From NCBI GenBank assembly GCA_046543235.1, contig JBKGZT010000003.1:1-46667 (forward strand): a stretch of 46,667 nucleotides of DNA, in the 5' to 3' direction. The position numbers and the translations under genes are program-made. Positions 1 through 9,178 of the stretch are shown piece by piece. Numbering within the stretch: the stretch's first letter is position 1; every line of letters starts with the position of its first letter. Source of the DNA: Candidatus Acetothermia bacterium. Its GTDB lineage: Bacteria; Bipolaricaulota; Bipolaricaulia; M55B111. A model generated the notes under the pieces. That model was not told where the DNA came from. It searched no databases and saw nothing but the letters and a program-made list of their open reading frames with translations.

Positions 1-105
1 CATCACAGCGGGGCTAGAAAGCCCTGCCTATCGAAGAATTGTAGTGGTAAAAGAATTGAGGACGAGTTAAACGACCTTAAAAGAAGAGCGAGGTCACGAG
101 GTTGA
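1..105 (+). CDS. rnpA: Probable 3' end of ribonuclease P protein component (partial)
   Basis: Frame 1 is open to TGA at 103-105 (..[30 protein letters not shown]). It overlaps the yidD TTG start (TTGA), and rnpA normally precedes yidD. The call rests mainly on synteny. Confidence 0.55.
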   Translation, partial: HHSGARKPCLSKNCSGKRIEDELNDLKRRARSRG

Positions 106-350
106 AAAAACTACTGCTCTGGATGATCAAATTTTACCAGAAATTCATTTCTCCCGGTCTGCCCAATACTTGCCGATTCTACCCGACGTGCTCGGAGTAC
201 AGCAAGCAAGCAATCCAAGAACACGGGACGATTAAGGGGCTTTACCTGGGCATCAAAAGGGTCCTGCGGTGCCACCCCCTGAATTCCGGAGGCTTTGACC
301 CGGTACCCAAGCAGGATCGAGAAGGAGAAAGGGAAAATGACTCCAGCTAG
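102..350 (+). CDS. yidD: Membrane protein insertion efficiency factor YidD
   Basis: [17 protein letters not shown] and [14 protein letters not shown] signatures. Confidence 0.95.
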   Translation: MKKLLLWMIKFYQKFISPGLPNTCRFYPTCSEYSKQAIQEHGTIKGLYLGIKRVLRCHPLNSGGFDPVPKQDREGERENDSS

Positions 351-359
351 GAGATAACG

Positions 360-2423
360 CTATTCGTTAACTATTTTTGAAAGATCTCCCACGTTGAAAA
401 AGAATTCCTTCAAGTAGTTTAAAAACCCCAGCCTGTTCTCCCTAAGCCGTTCGTCCTTTGCCATTACCATGACGTTGTCGAAGTACGAATCTATCGGTTC
501 TTTCAGGGAAAGAAGCTCTTCAATTAGCTTACCGTAAGCTTTGTGCTCGAGGAGGTCTTCGACTCTTCCCTCTTTATCGGAGACGGTTCGCCAGAGCTCC
601 TCTTCCTCTTCCAGTTCAAAGAACTCCGTATCGAAGCCTTCAGCCCCCTTCCCCTCCGTTATATTGACCAGCCTGGTAAACGAATCGACCAGGTCTTTCA
701 TACCCTTGCTTTGCTTGAACTCTCGGAGGCTATTCGCCCTCAGATACGTATCGTACGGATTCAAAGTATTTCGTATATTTGCCGAGTCGACGACGTCGTA
801 GGGAAGGTCAAAATTTAACTCGAGCACCTGGTCTATCCTCCCGTCGAAGTATTCAGCAAGACGTTCATCCGTATCTTCTCGAAGGTCCAGGTCAAATATG
901 GAACCGGCGAACTTTATCAGGTCCATCAGATCCAGGTCGATTTCGGCCTCTATGGCGGTACGGATAATTCCATCAGCTTTCCTGCGCAGGCCATACGGAT
1001 CCCGCGTCCCGCTGGGCTCCTCTCCTATCAGAAAAGAACCATAGAGCGTATCCAGCTTATCGGCAATGCTCGTGGCGATCCCCGTTTGCGACTCGGGCGT
1101 ATCGTCCGAGGACTTGCGGGGCTGGTAGTGTTCGGCTATACCCCGTACGACTTCCTCCGGCTCCCCGTCGAGTTCCGCGTAGTGCGATCCTATGGTTCCC
1201 TCCAGCGAGGGAAATTCATCTACAACCTCCGTAACGAGATCGGCCTTGGAAAGCAGTACGGTCCGATCAACTAATTCCGTATCCAGCCCTTCCAGGGTTT
1301 GGGAGAGCCGGCCGGCAATCCTCCTCATCCTTTCGACCTTTTCTCGAATCGACCCCAGCTCCTTCTGATAAGTCACGTCGCTGAGCTCCGCCACGTAATC
1401 CTCCAGCGGTCTTTCCCTGTCGTGTTCAAAGAAGAACTTAGAATCCCTAAGTCGAGCGTATATTACCGACTGATAGCCGTCTTTTACCCCCTCAATCGCT
1501 TCTTCGGATCCATCACGGAAACCAACGAACGAAGCTACGGGTTCACCGTCAGAGTTCTCCAGCGGAATTAACCGGGCTTCCCCGGTCAGGGTTTTAACCA
1601 GGAGCTCCTCGGGCAGTTCCAGGAACTCTTCTGGGAAACTTCCAACCACGGCACTCGGGTACTCCAGGCTGTTAACCAGGGTCTTATGAAATTCCTTATC
1701 CGCTGCACTCCTGGTACCTTTCTCCGAAGTTACCGACTCCAGTTGGTCCTGGAAGACTTGCTCCCTTTTGTCCGGATCGGGTATCACGTAGTTTTCCTCC
1801 AGCAGGCTTTCGTAGCTACCTGGTTCGTCCACTTCTATCTCGGCGCTACCGTGGAAACGATGACCCCTTGTATATCGGGAAGAGCTGAGGTTTCCGAGGC
1901 TCAAATCGATAACCTCGTCCCCGTAAAGACAAACGATCCACCGGATCGGCCTGATGAAACTTAATCCAGAATCATCCCAACGGGTTGTTTCCGGCTGATC
2001 GAGGTCCATGACGACTTCGGGCAGTATATCCGGCAACAGATCCCGGGTTTTTTTACCTTCGATCCTTTCGTCGACAAAGAAGTACGTGCCTTCTTCCGTC
2101 TCCTTCAGGTATAAATCTTCCGTCGTAGCGCCGTGGCTCTCCGCAAATTTTTTCGCCGGTATACCGTATTCGCCGGTCTCGTCGAGTCCAACCTCCTCCG
2201 AAGGTCCTCGGTGCGTCTCTAAGGCATCCTCTCCAACTTCACGGAGATCGCTCACTCGTACTGCCAGCCTCCTCGGAGTGTAATAAAGTCGGACGTCACC
2301 GAACTCGAGAAGAGCCTCTTCGAAGCTTTCCTCTATATCTTTTCGGAAGTTATCGGCTATAGTCGGTAAATAGGAGGGCGGTATCTCTTCGGTGCCGAGC
2401 TCAAACAATAGGTCTTCGCTCAT
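360..2423 (-). CDS. glyS: Glycine--tRNA ligase beta subunit
   Basis: LLFELGTEEIP N-terminus, TPRRL, FIRPIRW and DPYGLRR motifs; directly follows glyQ. Confidence 0.97.
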   Translation of the reverse strand: MSEDLLFELGTEEIPPSYLPTIADNFRKDIEESFEEALLEFGDVRLYYTPRRLAVRVSDLREVGEDALETHRGPSEEVGLDETGEYGIPAKKFAESHGATTEDLYLKETEEGTYFFVDERIEGKKTRDLLPDILPEVVMDLDQPETTRWDDSGLSFIRPIRWIVCLYGDEVIDLSLGNLSSSRYTRGHRFHGSAEIEVDEPGSYESLLEENYVIPDPDKREQVFQDQLESVTSEKGTRSAADKEFHKTLVNSLEYPSAVVGSFPEEFLELPEELLVKTLTGEARLIPLENSDGEPVASFVGFRDGSEEAIEGVKDGYQSVIYARLRDSKFFFEHDRERPLEDYVAELSDVTYQKELGSIREKVERMRRIAGRLSQTLEGLDTELVDRTVLLSKADLVTEVVDEFPSLEGTIGSHYAELDGEPEEVVRGIAEHYQPRKSSDDTPESQTGIATSIADKLDTLYGSFLIGEEPSGTRDPYGLRRKADGIIRTAIEAEIDLDLMDLIKFAGSIFDLDLREDTDERLAEYFDGRIDQVLELNFDLPYDVVDSANIRNTLNPYDTYLRANSLREFKQSKGMKDLVDSFTRLVNITEGKGAEGFDTEFFELEEEEELWRTVSDKEGRVEDLLEHKAYGKLIEELLSLKEPIDSYFDNVMVMAKDERLRENRLGFLNYLKEFFFNVGDLSKIVNE

Positions 2424-3273
2424 CGGGGGTATCCTCCAGGGAGTTGACGTATCCTCCTGCGATCTTCTCGGCGAGCTTCCTGATTCTGCCTATATATTTC
2501 TCTCTCTCGGTTACACTAATCGCGTTTCTTGCAAGCAAAATATTGAAGAAGTGCGCCGCTTTTAAAGTCATGTCGTACGCCGGGTAATAAAGCCCCGCCT
2601 CCAGAGACCTTTCTGCTTCGCTCTCCACTATCTCGAACAGTTCCTGGTACTCCTCGACGCCGGCGACGTCGAAGTTGTACTCGGAAAACTGACTTTCCTT
2701 CTCCTGGAATATCCTTCTATAGGTAAGGACATCACTCCAGTCCAGGTCGTAGACGCTTTCCGTGCCCTGAACGAAAGTGCCTATCCTCTCCAGTCCGTAG
2801 GCGAGCTCAACACAGACCGGATCCAGATCGATACCTCCAACTCGCTGGAAGTAAGTAAACTGAGTAATTTCAAGCCCGTCTATCCAGACCTCCCAGCCCG
2901 TACCTCGGGCTCCAAGAGAAGGGGACTCCCAGTTATCGTCGACAAACCTTACGTCGTGGGCGGAAAGGTCGATCCCGAGATGCTCCAGGCTCCCCAGGTA
3001 AAGCTCCTGAACTTCCTCCGGCGGGGGTTTCAGAATAACCTGATACTGATGATGAAGCCTTACCCGGATCGGGTTCTTACCGTACCGGCCGTCCGGAGGA
3101 CGTCTGCTGGGTTCGACGTACCCCACTTTAAGGGGATCCGGGCCGAGAGAGCCGAAGAAGGTCCCCGGGTTAAAAGTTCCCGCACCCGTTTCTACGTCGT
3201 AGGGCTGGAGGATCAGGCACCCCTGTTTCCTCCAATAATCCTCGAGGCTGGCGATCAGGTCTTGGAGGTTCAT
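2401..3273 (-). CDS. glyQ: Glycine--tRNA ligase alpha subunit
   Basis: GAGTFNP, PSRRPPDGRYG, GWEVWIDGLEITQFTYFQ and YGLER motifs. Confidence 0.97.
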   Translation of the reverse strand: MNLQDLIASLEDYWRKQGCLILQPYDVETGAGTFNPGTFFGSLGPDPLKVGYVEPSRRPPDGRYGKNPIRVRLHHQYQVILKPPPEEVQELYLGSLEHLGIDLSAHDVRFVDDNWESPSLGARGTGWEVWIDGLEITQFTYFQRVGGIDLDPVCVELAYGLERIGTFVQGTESVYDLDWSDVLTYRRIFQEKESQFSEYNFDVAGVEEYQELFEIVESEAERSLEAGLYYPAYDMTLKAAHFFNILLARNAISVTEREKYIGRIRKLAEKIAGGYVNSLEDTPDERRPIV

Positions 3274-3276
3274 TCT

Positions 3277-3636
3277 TTAGTTCTGGAGGTTTTCCTCTGC
3301 AACCTCTACTAGGTGGTCGAACGTCGAGGGATCACTGATCGCTATATCCGCCAGCATTTTCCTGTTCAGCTCCACGTCCGCCTTGTTTAACCCTCCCATG
3401 AACTTGGAGTAGGAGAGTCCCCTTTCACTGGAAGCTGCTCCTATTCTAGTTATCCATAACCTACGGAAGTCCCTCTTTTTCCTCCGTCTATCTATATATG
3501 CGTTTTTCAGCGCCTTCATCACCGATTGTTTCGCTATTTTGTAACAGTTACCCCTCTTGCCGTAAAAACCCTTTGATCTTTTAAGAATCTTCTTTCTCGT
3601 TTTTAGCCTTGAATTACCTCTCGTAGTCCTGGGCAT
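3277..3636 (-). CDS. rplT: 50S ribosomal protein L20
   Basis: [17 protein letters not shown] and [10 protein letters not shown]; part of infC-rpmI-rplT. Confidence 0.98.
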   Translation of the reverse strand: MPRTTRGNSRLKTRKKILKRSKGFYGKRGNCYKIAKQSVMKALKNAYIDRRRKKRDFRRLWITRIGAASSERGLSYSKFMGGLNKADVELNRKMLADIAISDPSTFDHLVEVAEENLQN

Positions 3637-3685
3637 AGTTTACCTCCGAATTGTGCGTTGTTAGCTAACTTCACCGATCTCTAGT

Positions 3686-3880
3686 TCATGACGCAAGTAG
3701 TTTCTTAAGGTTCTTCTCCGTTTTACCTTTGACCCGTTTATCCTTCCGGGCATCCCGTTTATTGCTCGGGCTCTTCTTGGTCCTTTTGTGTCCGTATCCG
3801 GACTTTTTATGGGTTAATTTCCCGTTTTTCGATAGCTTGAACCTTTTTGCGATACCTTTATGAGTCTTCTTTTTTGGCAT
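3686..3880 (-). CDS. rpmI: 50S ribosomal protein L35
   Basis: MPKKKTHKGIAKRFK; lies between infC and rplT. Confidence 0.97.
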   Translation of the reverse strand: MPKKKTHKGIAKRFKLSKNGKLTHKKSGYGHKRTKKSPSNKRDARKDKRVKGKTEKNLKKLLAS

Positions 3881-3881
3881 A

Positions 3882-4385
3882 TTAATCTCCTCCCGGTTTT
3901 AGCAACATCTGAACGACCTGACCCTTTTGAGTCGGCTTCTGGTCAACGTCTCCTACTTCCTCTACTTCGTCAATTATATCGTTCAAGAGGTCGTAACCCT
4001 TGTCCTTGTGTGCCTTTTCCCGACCGCGGAAGAACACCGTAGCGCGGACCTTATGGCCATCTTTGAGAAATTTCTTTATATGATTTACCTTGGTGTTGAA
4101 ATCGTGCTCCTCGATCTTTATCGAGAACTTAATCGTCTTGAGCTTTTTCTTTTTCTGCTGTTTTTGTTTCTTTTTTTGCTGCTTGTACTTGTACTTCCCG
4201 TAATCGAGTATCTTGGCCACGACCGGGTCAGCCTCAGGCGCAACTTCCACGAGATCTAGTTCCCTATCCTCTGCTTCCTTCAGGGCATCTTCCAGGCTCA
4301 TGACCCCGATCTGTTCTCCCTCTTCATCTACAACCCGGACTTCCGACGCCGTAATTTCGTGGTTTACTCTTGTATCGTTAGAGAT
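3882..4385 (-). CDS. infC: Translation initiation factor IF-3 (non-canonical ATC start)
   Basis: IF3 motifs (LDLVEVAP, DYGKYKY, FRGRE). The frame extends 28 codons upstream of the ORF-track start (ISNDTRVNHEITASEVRVVDEEGEQIGV) to an ATC at 4385-4383, with AGGAGG 6 nt upstream. Confidence 0.93.
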   Translation of the reverse strand: MSNDTRVNHEITASEVRVVDEEGEQIGVMSLEDALKEAEDRELDLVEVAPEADPVVAKILDYGKYKYKQQKKKQKQQKKKKLKTIKFSIKIEEHDFNTKVNHIKKFLKDGHKVRATVFFRGREKAHKDKGYDLLNDIIDEVEEVGDVDQKPTQKGQVVQMLLKPGGD

Positions 4386-4424
4386 TTTCTCCCTCCTCCT
4401 TCTTGTTGATAATGGGCAAGAATA

Positions 4425-5033
4425 TCAAACTTCCTCCGGAACATTCCGGTACAGACCTTTCTCGACAATATAATCAAGCACCTTATCCGGTACCAGACCC
4501 TCTACGGACTGTCCCCCGGCAATCCGTTCTCTCACTTCCGTAGAAGAGAGGGATATCTCGCTCATATCGAGAAAACGTATGTCCTTATCCTTAAATATCT
4601 CATCCTCGAAATCATCTTCCAAAACCCCGCCTCTGGGGGCAACTACAAAAGGGCAGGTCTCCAGGAGCTCTTCCGGGTTCTTCCATGTTTTTATATTTAT
4701 AAGATTGTCCGCTCCCACCACGAACATTATCTCGTCGTAGATCGAACTCATTTCTTCCAGCGTATCAACCGTATACGAAGGCCCTTCTCGTTCAATCTCG
4801 ACCGAAGAAACTTCCATGTTTTCTCTATCTTCGACGGCCAGCTCAACCATCCTGTATCTTGCTTCGGCTCCAGTCAAACCCTTTTCGTCCTTGTGGGGTG
4901 GATGCTTCGACGGAATCAGTACGACTTTATCAAGATCCATTTGAAGGAGAGCCTGCCTGGCTACTTCGAGGTGAGCCCTATGAATTGGGTCAAAAGTTCC
5001 TCCAAATAACCCTACCCTAGAGTACGAGCTCAA
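4425..5033 (-). CDS. nadD: Nicotinate-nucleotide adenylyltransferase
   Basis: GGTFDPIH, PPHK, SYTVDT, GADN and SSTEVR motifs. TTG start at 5033 preferred; 5048 is possible. Confidence 0.95.
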   Translation of the reverse strand: MSSYSRVGLFGGTFDPIHRAHLEVARQALLQMDLDKVVLIPSKHPPHKDEKGLTGAEARYRMVELAVEDRENMEVSSVEIEREGPSYTVDTLEEMSSIYDEIMFVVGADNLINIKTWKNPEELLETCPFVVAPRGGVLEDDFEDEIFKDKDIRFLDMSEISLSSTEVRERIAGGQSVEGLVPDKVLDYIVEKGLYRNVPEEV

Positions 5034-6306
5034 ACTCTTTTCCCCCAATTTCTATCAGGCTCCCGTCCTCGGCGCCCTTTTTCTTTAACTCGCCTATGAC
5101 ACCTCGGCGCTCCAGATTGCGATGAAAATAGGCCGGGGCATCTTCCGTGGAAAAATCCAGCTTTTCCGCCAGTTTCTCCACTTCCTTCCCCTCGACCACG
5201 TATCTATCTTCCTCTTTCAGCACGCGAAAACCTTTTTCGCCGTCGAACTTATATACTCTGTAGTCGCCGCTTGATTCATCCTCTTCCGTTTCCCCTTCTT
5301 CCTCTTCCCGCTCAACCTCCTGAAGCAACTCGTAGGTATCTTTGACCAGTTCGTCGACTCCCTCACCGGTGGCGGCGGATATAGGATACAGGTCCAACCC
5401 CCTTTCCTCAAACTTCCTCCGTTCTTGTCGGATATCCGCTTCGTCAATTAAGTCTATCTTGTTTCCGGCCACTATCTCCGGGACCCCACCGAGCGAGGTG
5501 TCGTACTTTCTCAACTCCTCTCTCAATACCTCCCAGTCTTCAATTGGATCCCGTCCTTCGATGCCGGACAGATCCACAAGGTGAAGCAGGACTTTCGTTC
5601 GGGATAGGTGTCTGAGAAACTGGTCCCCGAGCCCCTTTCCCTCGTGTGCACCCTCGATCAACCCCGGGACGTCGACGGCTACGAAGTCATTCCATTCGTC
5701 AAGGGCAACTACGCCGGGGTGCGGCTTCATAGTAGTAAAATGGTAGCTCCCTATTTCGGGCTTCTGGGCGGAAATCGTGGAAATCAAACTCGACTTGCCC
5801 ACGTTCGGAAATCCGACTATCCCCACGTCCGCAAGAAGCTTTAACTCCAGGCGGAGGTACCTCTCTTCGCCCTTCCCACCCCATTCCCTGATCCTGGGTG
5901 CGGTATTTCTGGAATTGGAAAAAGCCTTGTTTCCCCTCCCGCCGCTTCCGCCTTTGGCTATCAAGTAACTCTCGCCTTCTTTTTCCAGGTCCACGATCTT
6001 CTCGTCCGTTTCCCCGTCGTAAGCGACGGTCCCGACCGGAAGATCTATATAAAGGTCGTCCGCGGAAGCGCCGGTTTTATCCTGAGTGCCACCTTTCCCT
6101 CCGTCTTCCGCCTTAAAGGTATTCTTTTTCTCGAACCTCAGCAGGGTATTTACACTCCTAACCGCCCTGAGGTAAACATCTCCTCCCTTTCCACCGTTCC
6201 CACCATCGGGTCCTCCGTGTCTCTGACCTAGCTGTTTTGCAAAACTGATAATCCCGTGCCCCCCGTCACCCGCTTTGACCGTAATGGTAGCCTCGTCAAT
6301 AAACAT
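5017..6306 (-). CDS. obgE: GTPase Obg/CgtA with C-terminal extension domain
   Basis: MFIDE start, Gly-rich Obg fold, GFPNVGKS, DVPG, NKID; follows rplU-rpmA. Confidence 0.97.
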   Translation of the reverse strand: MFIDEATITVKAGDGGHGIISFAKQLGQRHGGPDGGNGGKGGDVYLRAVRSVNTLLRFEKKNTFKAEDGGKGGTQDKTGASADDLYIDLPVGTVAYDGETDEKIVDLEKEGESYLIAKGGSGGRGNKAFSNSRNTAPRIREWGGKGEERYLRLELKLLADVGIVGFPNVGKSSLISTISAQKPEIGSYHFTTMKPHPGVVALDEWNDFVAVDVPGLIEGAHEGKGLGDQFLRHLSRTKVLLHLVDLSGIEGRDPIEDWEVLREELRKYDTSLGGVPEIVAGNKIDLIDEADIRQERRKFEERGLDLYPISAATGEGVDELVKDTYELLQEVEREEEEGETEEDESSGDYRVYKFDGEKGFRVLKEEDRYVVEGKEVEKLAEKLDFSTEDAPAYFHRNLERRGVIGELKKKGAEDGSLIEIGGKEFELVL

Positions 6307-6354
6307 ATCTACCTTGACAGGGTGGAACGTACGGAACAGGCGAAGAAGTGGGGT

Positions 6355-6606
6355 TTAGGAGGGAGGAATAACACTGATATACTTGTCTCCTGATCCTTCG
6401 AACTTTACGTGACCCTCGACCTTGGCAAAGATCGTGTGGTCTCTGCCCATGCCTACGTTTTCTCCCGGTTTGTACTTTGTGCCGCGCTGCCTGACGATAA
6501 TGTTCCCCGGTTCAACCCATTCGCTACCAAATTTCTTGACGCCCAAACGCTTTCCAGCGGTATCATGAACGTTCTGAGTGGAACCACTGCTTACTTTATG
6601 TGCCAT
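6355..6606 (-). CDS. rpmA: 50S ribosomal protein L27
   Basis: MAHK..., [22 protein letters not shown]. Confidence 0.98.
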   Translation of the reverse strand: MAHKVSSGSTQNVHDTAGKRLGVKKFGSEWVEPGNIIVRQRGTKYKPGENVGMGRDHTIFAKVEGHVKFEGSGDKYISVIPPS

Positions 6607-6621
6607 GATATCTCCCCTTGC

Positions 6622-6936
6622 TTACGATTCTATCCCGTCAATTCTCACTTTGGTATACGGTTGCCTGTGACCCAGCTTTCTGCGGTGACCCTTCCGCTTC
6701 TTATAGGTAAAAACCGTGACCTTTTCTTCTTTTCCTTCCTCGATGATCTCGGCCTCTACAAATGCGTCTTCCAGGTAAGGTCTACCCAGTTGAACGTCAC
6801 CGTTTTCCTTCACCATAAGTACCTTCTCGAACCGTACCTCTTCTCCCGGTCCTTTCCCTTTTAACTTTTCGATCTGTAACTCGTCTTCCTCGCTAACTCT
6901 GTACTGTTTTCCGCCAGTTTCTATAATTGCGTACAT
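6622..6936 (-). CDS. rplU: 50S ribosomal protein L21
   Basis: MYAIIETGGKQYRV and GHRQPYT. Confidence 0.98.
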   Translation of the reverse strand: MYAIIETGGKQYRVSEEDELQIEKLKGKGPGEEVRFEKVLMVKENGDVQLGRPYLEDAFVEAEIIEEGKEEKVTVFTYKKRKGHRRKLGHRQPYTKVRIDGIES

Positions 6937-7005
6937 TATTTCCTCCGATTTATTCTAATTTACCTTTCCGATCCTTTTCAACCCAGCGGGCCGGTTATCG
7001 TCAAA

Positions 7006-9030
7006 TCAAGCAATTTCCGCCCCTGGGTCCAATTCCTTGTCCGCGGTCAGCAGGGAAAGCTCTTCCCCTTCGGCCGCCAGAAGCATGCACTCGGACCTCT
7101 CACCGTGAATCGTGGCCGGTTCCAGGTTGGTCAAAACAATTACCTGCTTCCCCTCAAGCTCTTCTATTTCGTAGTGGTCCTTCAAGCCCGAAACGGTTTG
7201 AAGCTCTTCGTCACCCACGTCCACCTGAACCCGGTATAACCTGTCCGCTCCCGGGATTTCCTCTACTTCCGCGATCCTGCCTGAGCGCATATCAAGCGCG
7301 TTGAAATCATCGAAGCTGATCGTGTTCTTCGCCATCTGTTCTTCACCCTCCGTTTTCTGCTCGGTTTCATCCTCCTGACCTGACTTCGCTTCTACCTTCC
7401 TTCGATACTTCTCTTTCAACTCCTCCACGTCCTGCTTTTCCAGCAAAGGCTCGGGTTCCCTAAGCTCGCCCCCCGGGTCCCGTTTGATTTCCTCCCAGTC
7501 GGGCTCGGAGATATCGAATATCTCGTACACCTGCCTGGAAAAGGTCGGTACAAACGGTTCCAGCATGAACGATATGGCCCGGGCGATCTTCAGGCTCGAT
7601 ATTATAACGTCCTCGTCTCCGGTTTCCCACGGCTTCCTATCCTGGAAATACCTGTTCCCGTAATTCGCCAGCTCGCATATCTCCCGCAAGGCCCCGGATA
7701 GGCCGCCGGACTCAATTATTTCTTCGACATCGTCAACCGTGTCGGCAATCCGTTCGTCGATATCTTCGTCTACCTCTCCGTCCGGTATCGAACCGCCGAA
7801 CCTGGAATACGTAAAAGAGGTCACCCGATTGATGAAGTTACTGACGTTATCGATGAATATATTGTTTACTGCCTTATCAAGCTCGTTCCAGGAAAAATTT
7901 ACGTCCTTCTTTTCCGGCCTCTGAAAAAGAAGATAAAACCTCCAGAAAACCGGATCCATCAGGTCGGTCGCGTCCCTGGCAAAGAGACCTACCCCCTTGC
8001 TCTTGGAGAAAGACTTACCACCTATCCAGTTCAAGTACTCGCCCGCGCTTATCTGATCGGGTAAGTGATACCCCTGGCCCGAGGCAAGTAACTGTCCCGG
8101 AAATAAAAGGGTATGGAAGGGTATGTTGTCCTTGGCCAACGTGTAAACCTGCTTGACGTCGTCGGAAAACCAGTAGTCCTCCCAGCTTCCTTCGTCGTCG
8201 TTTTTCTCGAAGTACTCGATGGTCGCGGAGACGTAGCCCAGGGCCGCCTCCGCCCATACGTAAATTACCTTTTCTTCAGCACCTTCGAAAGGAGCGGGTA
8301 TTCCCCAATCTATGTCACGCGTTATCGCCCTTGGTTCAAGTCCGTCGCGAAGCATCTGATCGGTAAAACGCTTTACGTTGTCCTGCCATTCGTCGTAATG
8401 GTTCTCCACGTAATCCTTTAAACGGGGCTGTAGTTTCTCGAGATCGATGTACCAGTGTCTGGTATTCTGGAATTCTATCTCGTCGCTGCCGCATATCGCG
8501 CAGTTCGGTTCGATCAGTTCCTCCGGTTCAAGCAGAGAGCCGCAGCTGTCACACTGGTTCCCGTGGGCTCCACCTTCACCACACTCCGGGCAGGTCCCTT
8601 CTATAAATCTGTCAGCCAGAAACCGCTGGCAGTCGTGACAGTAAGCCCTTTCTTCCTCTTTTGAAATAATATAGCCTTCGTCGTCCATCTGCCGGTGAAT
8701 CTCCCGGACGAATTCCTCGTGGGTCGGGTTCGTGGTGATGGTGTAGTTGTCAAACTCGATGTTGAAGTCTTCCAGAATTTCCAGGATTACTTCGTGTACC
8801 TCATTTGCCAGCTCTTCCGGTTTTATCCCCCGTTTCTCCGCTTCGAACTCTATTCTAGTTCCGTGAGCATCGGAACCGGACACGTAGAGCACCGAATGAC
8901 CTTTTAACTCGTAGTAACGAGTAAAAACATCGCCGGAAAGCAGGGAGGTCTGGATGTTTCCCAGGTGCGGCTCCCCCGAAGCGTATGGCCAGGCACTGCA
9001 GATCAAAACGTTATCTTTATCTTCCGACAT
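7006..9030 (-). CDS. metG: Methionine--tRNA ligase with C-terminal tRNA-binding domain
   Basis: HLGN, SDAHG, four CxxC motifs, KDNIPFH, FSKS and a C-terminal Trbp111-like OB domain. Start is 9030 (ATG) or 9045 (GTG). Confidence 0.96.
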   Translation of the reverse strand: MSEDKDNVLICSAWPYASGEPHLGNIQTSLLSGDVFTRYYELKGHSVLYVSGSDAHGTRIEFEAEKRGIKPEELANEVHEVILEILEDFNIEFDNYTITTNPTHEEFVREIHRQMDDEGYIISKEEERAYCHDCQRFLADRFIEGTCPECGEGGAHGNQCDSCGSLLEPEELIEPNCAICGSDEIEFQNTRHWYIDLEKLQPRLKDYVENHYDEWQDNVKRFTDQMLRDGLEPRAITRDIDWGIPAPFEGAEEKVIYVWAEAALGYVSATIEYFEKNDDEGSWEDYWFSDDVKQVYTLAKDNIPFHTLLFPGQLLASGQGYHLPDQISAGEYLNWIGGKSFSKSKGVGLFARDATDLMDPVFWRFYLLFQRPEKKDVNFSWNELDKAVNNIFIDNVSNFINRVTSFTYSRFGGSIPDGEVDEDIDERIADTVDDVEEIIESGGLSGALREICELANYGNRYFQDRKPWETGDEDVIISSLKIARAISFMLEPFVPTFSRQVYEIFDISEPDWEEIKRDPGGELREPEPLLEKQDVEELKEKYRRKVEAKSGQEDETEQKTEGEEQMAKNTISFDDFNALDMRSGRIAEVEEIPGADRLYRVQVDVGDEELQTVSGLKDHYEIEELEGKQVIVLTNLEPATIHGERSECMLLAAEGEELSLLTADKELDPGAEIA

Positions 9031-9178
9031 CTCTGATAAATCCACTCCAGAATTTTTAAAATAGCCACTTAAAGGCAGGTATTATAACTGAAAGATTTTA
9101 GTAAAATGAGCCTTCCATTACAAGCCAGCGGATCATCCTGGGTTAGTCCGTCAGTCAGTGCCGGGGACCCCCAACCGG

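Noticed and set aside
6355-6936. Missing prp (ysxB) between rplU and rpmA
   Set aside because: L27 begins directly with MAHK and has no N-terminal extension, so the protease is not expected.
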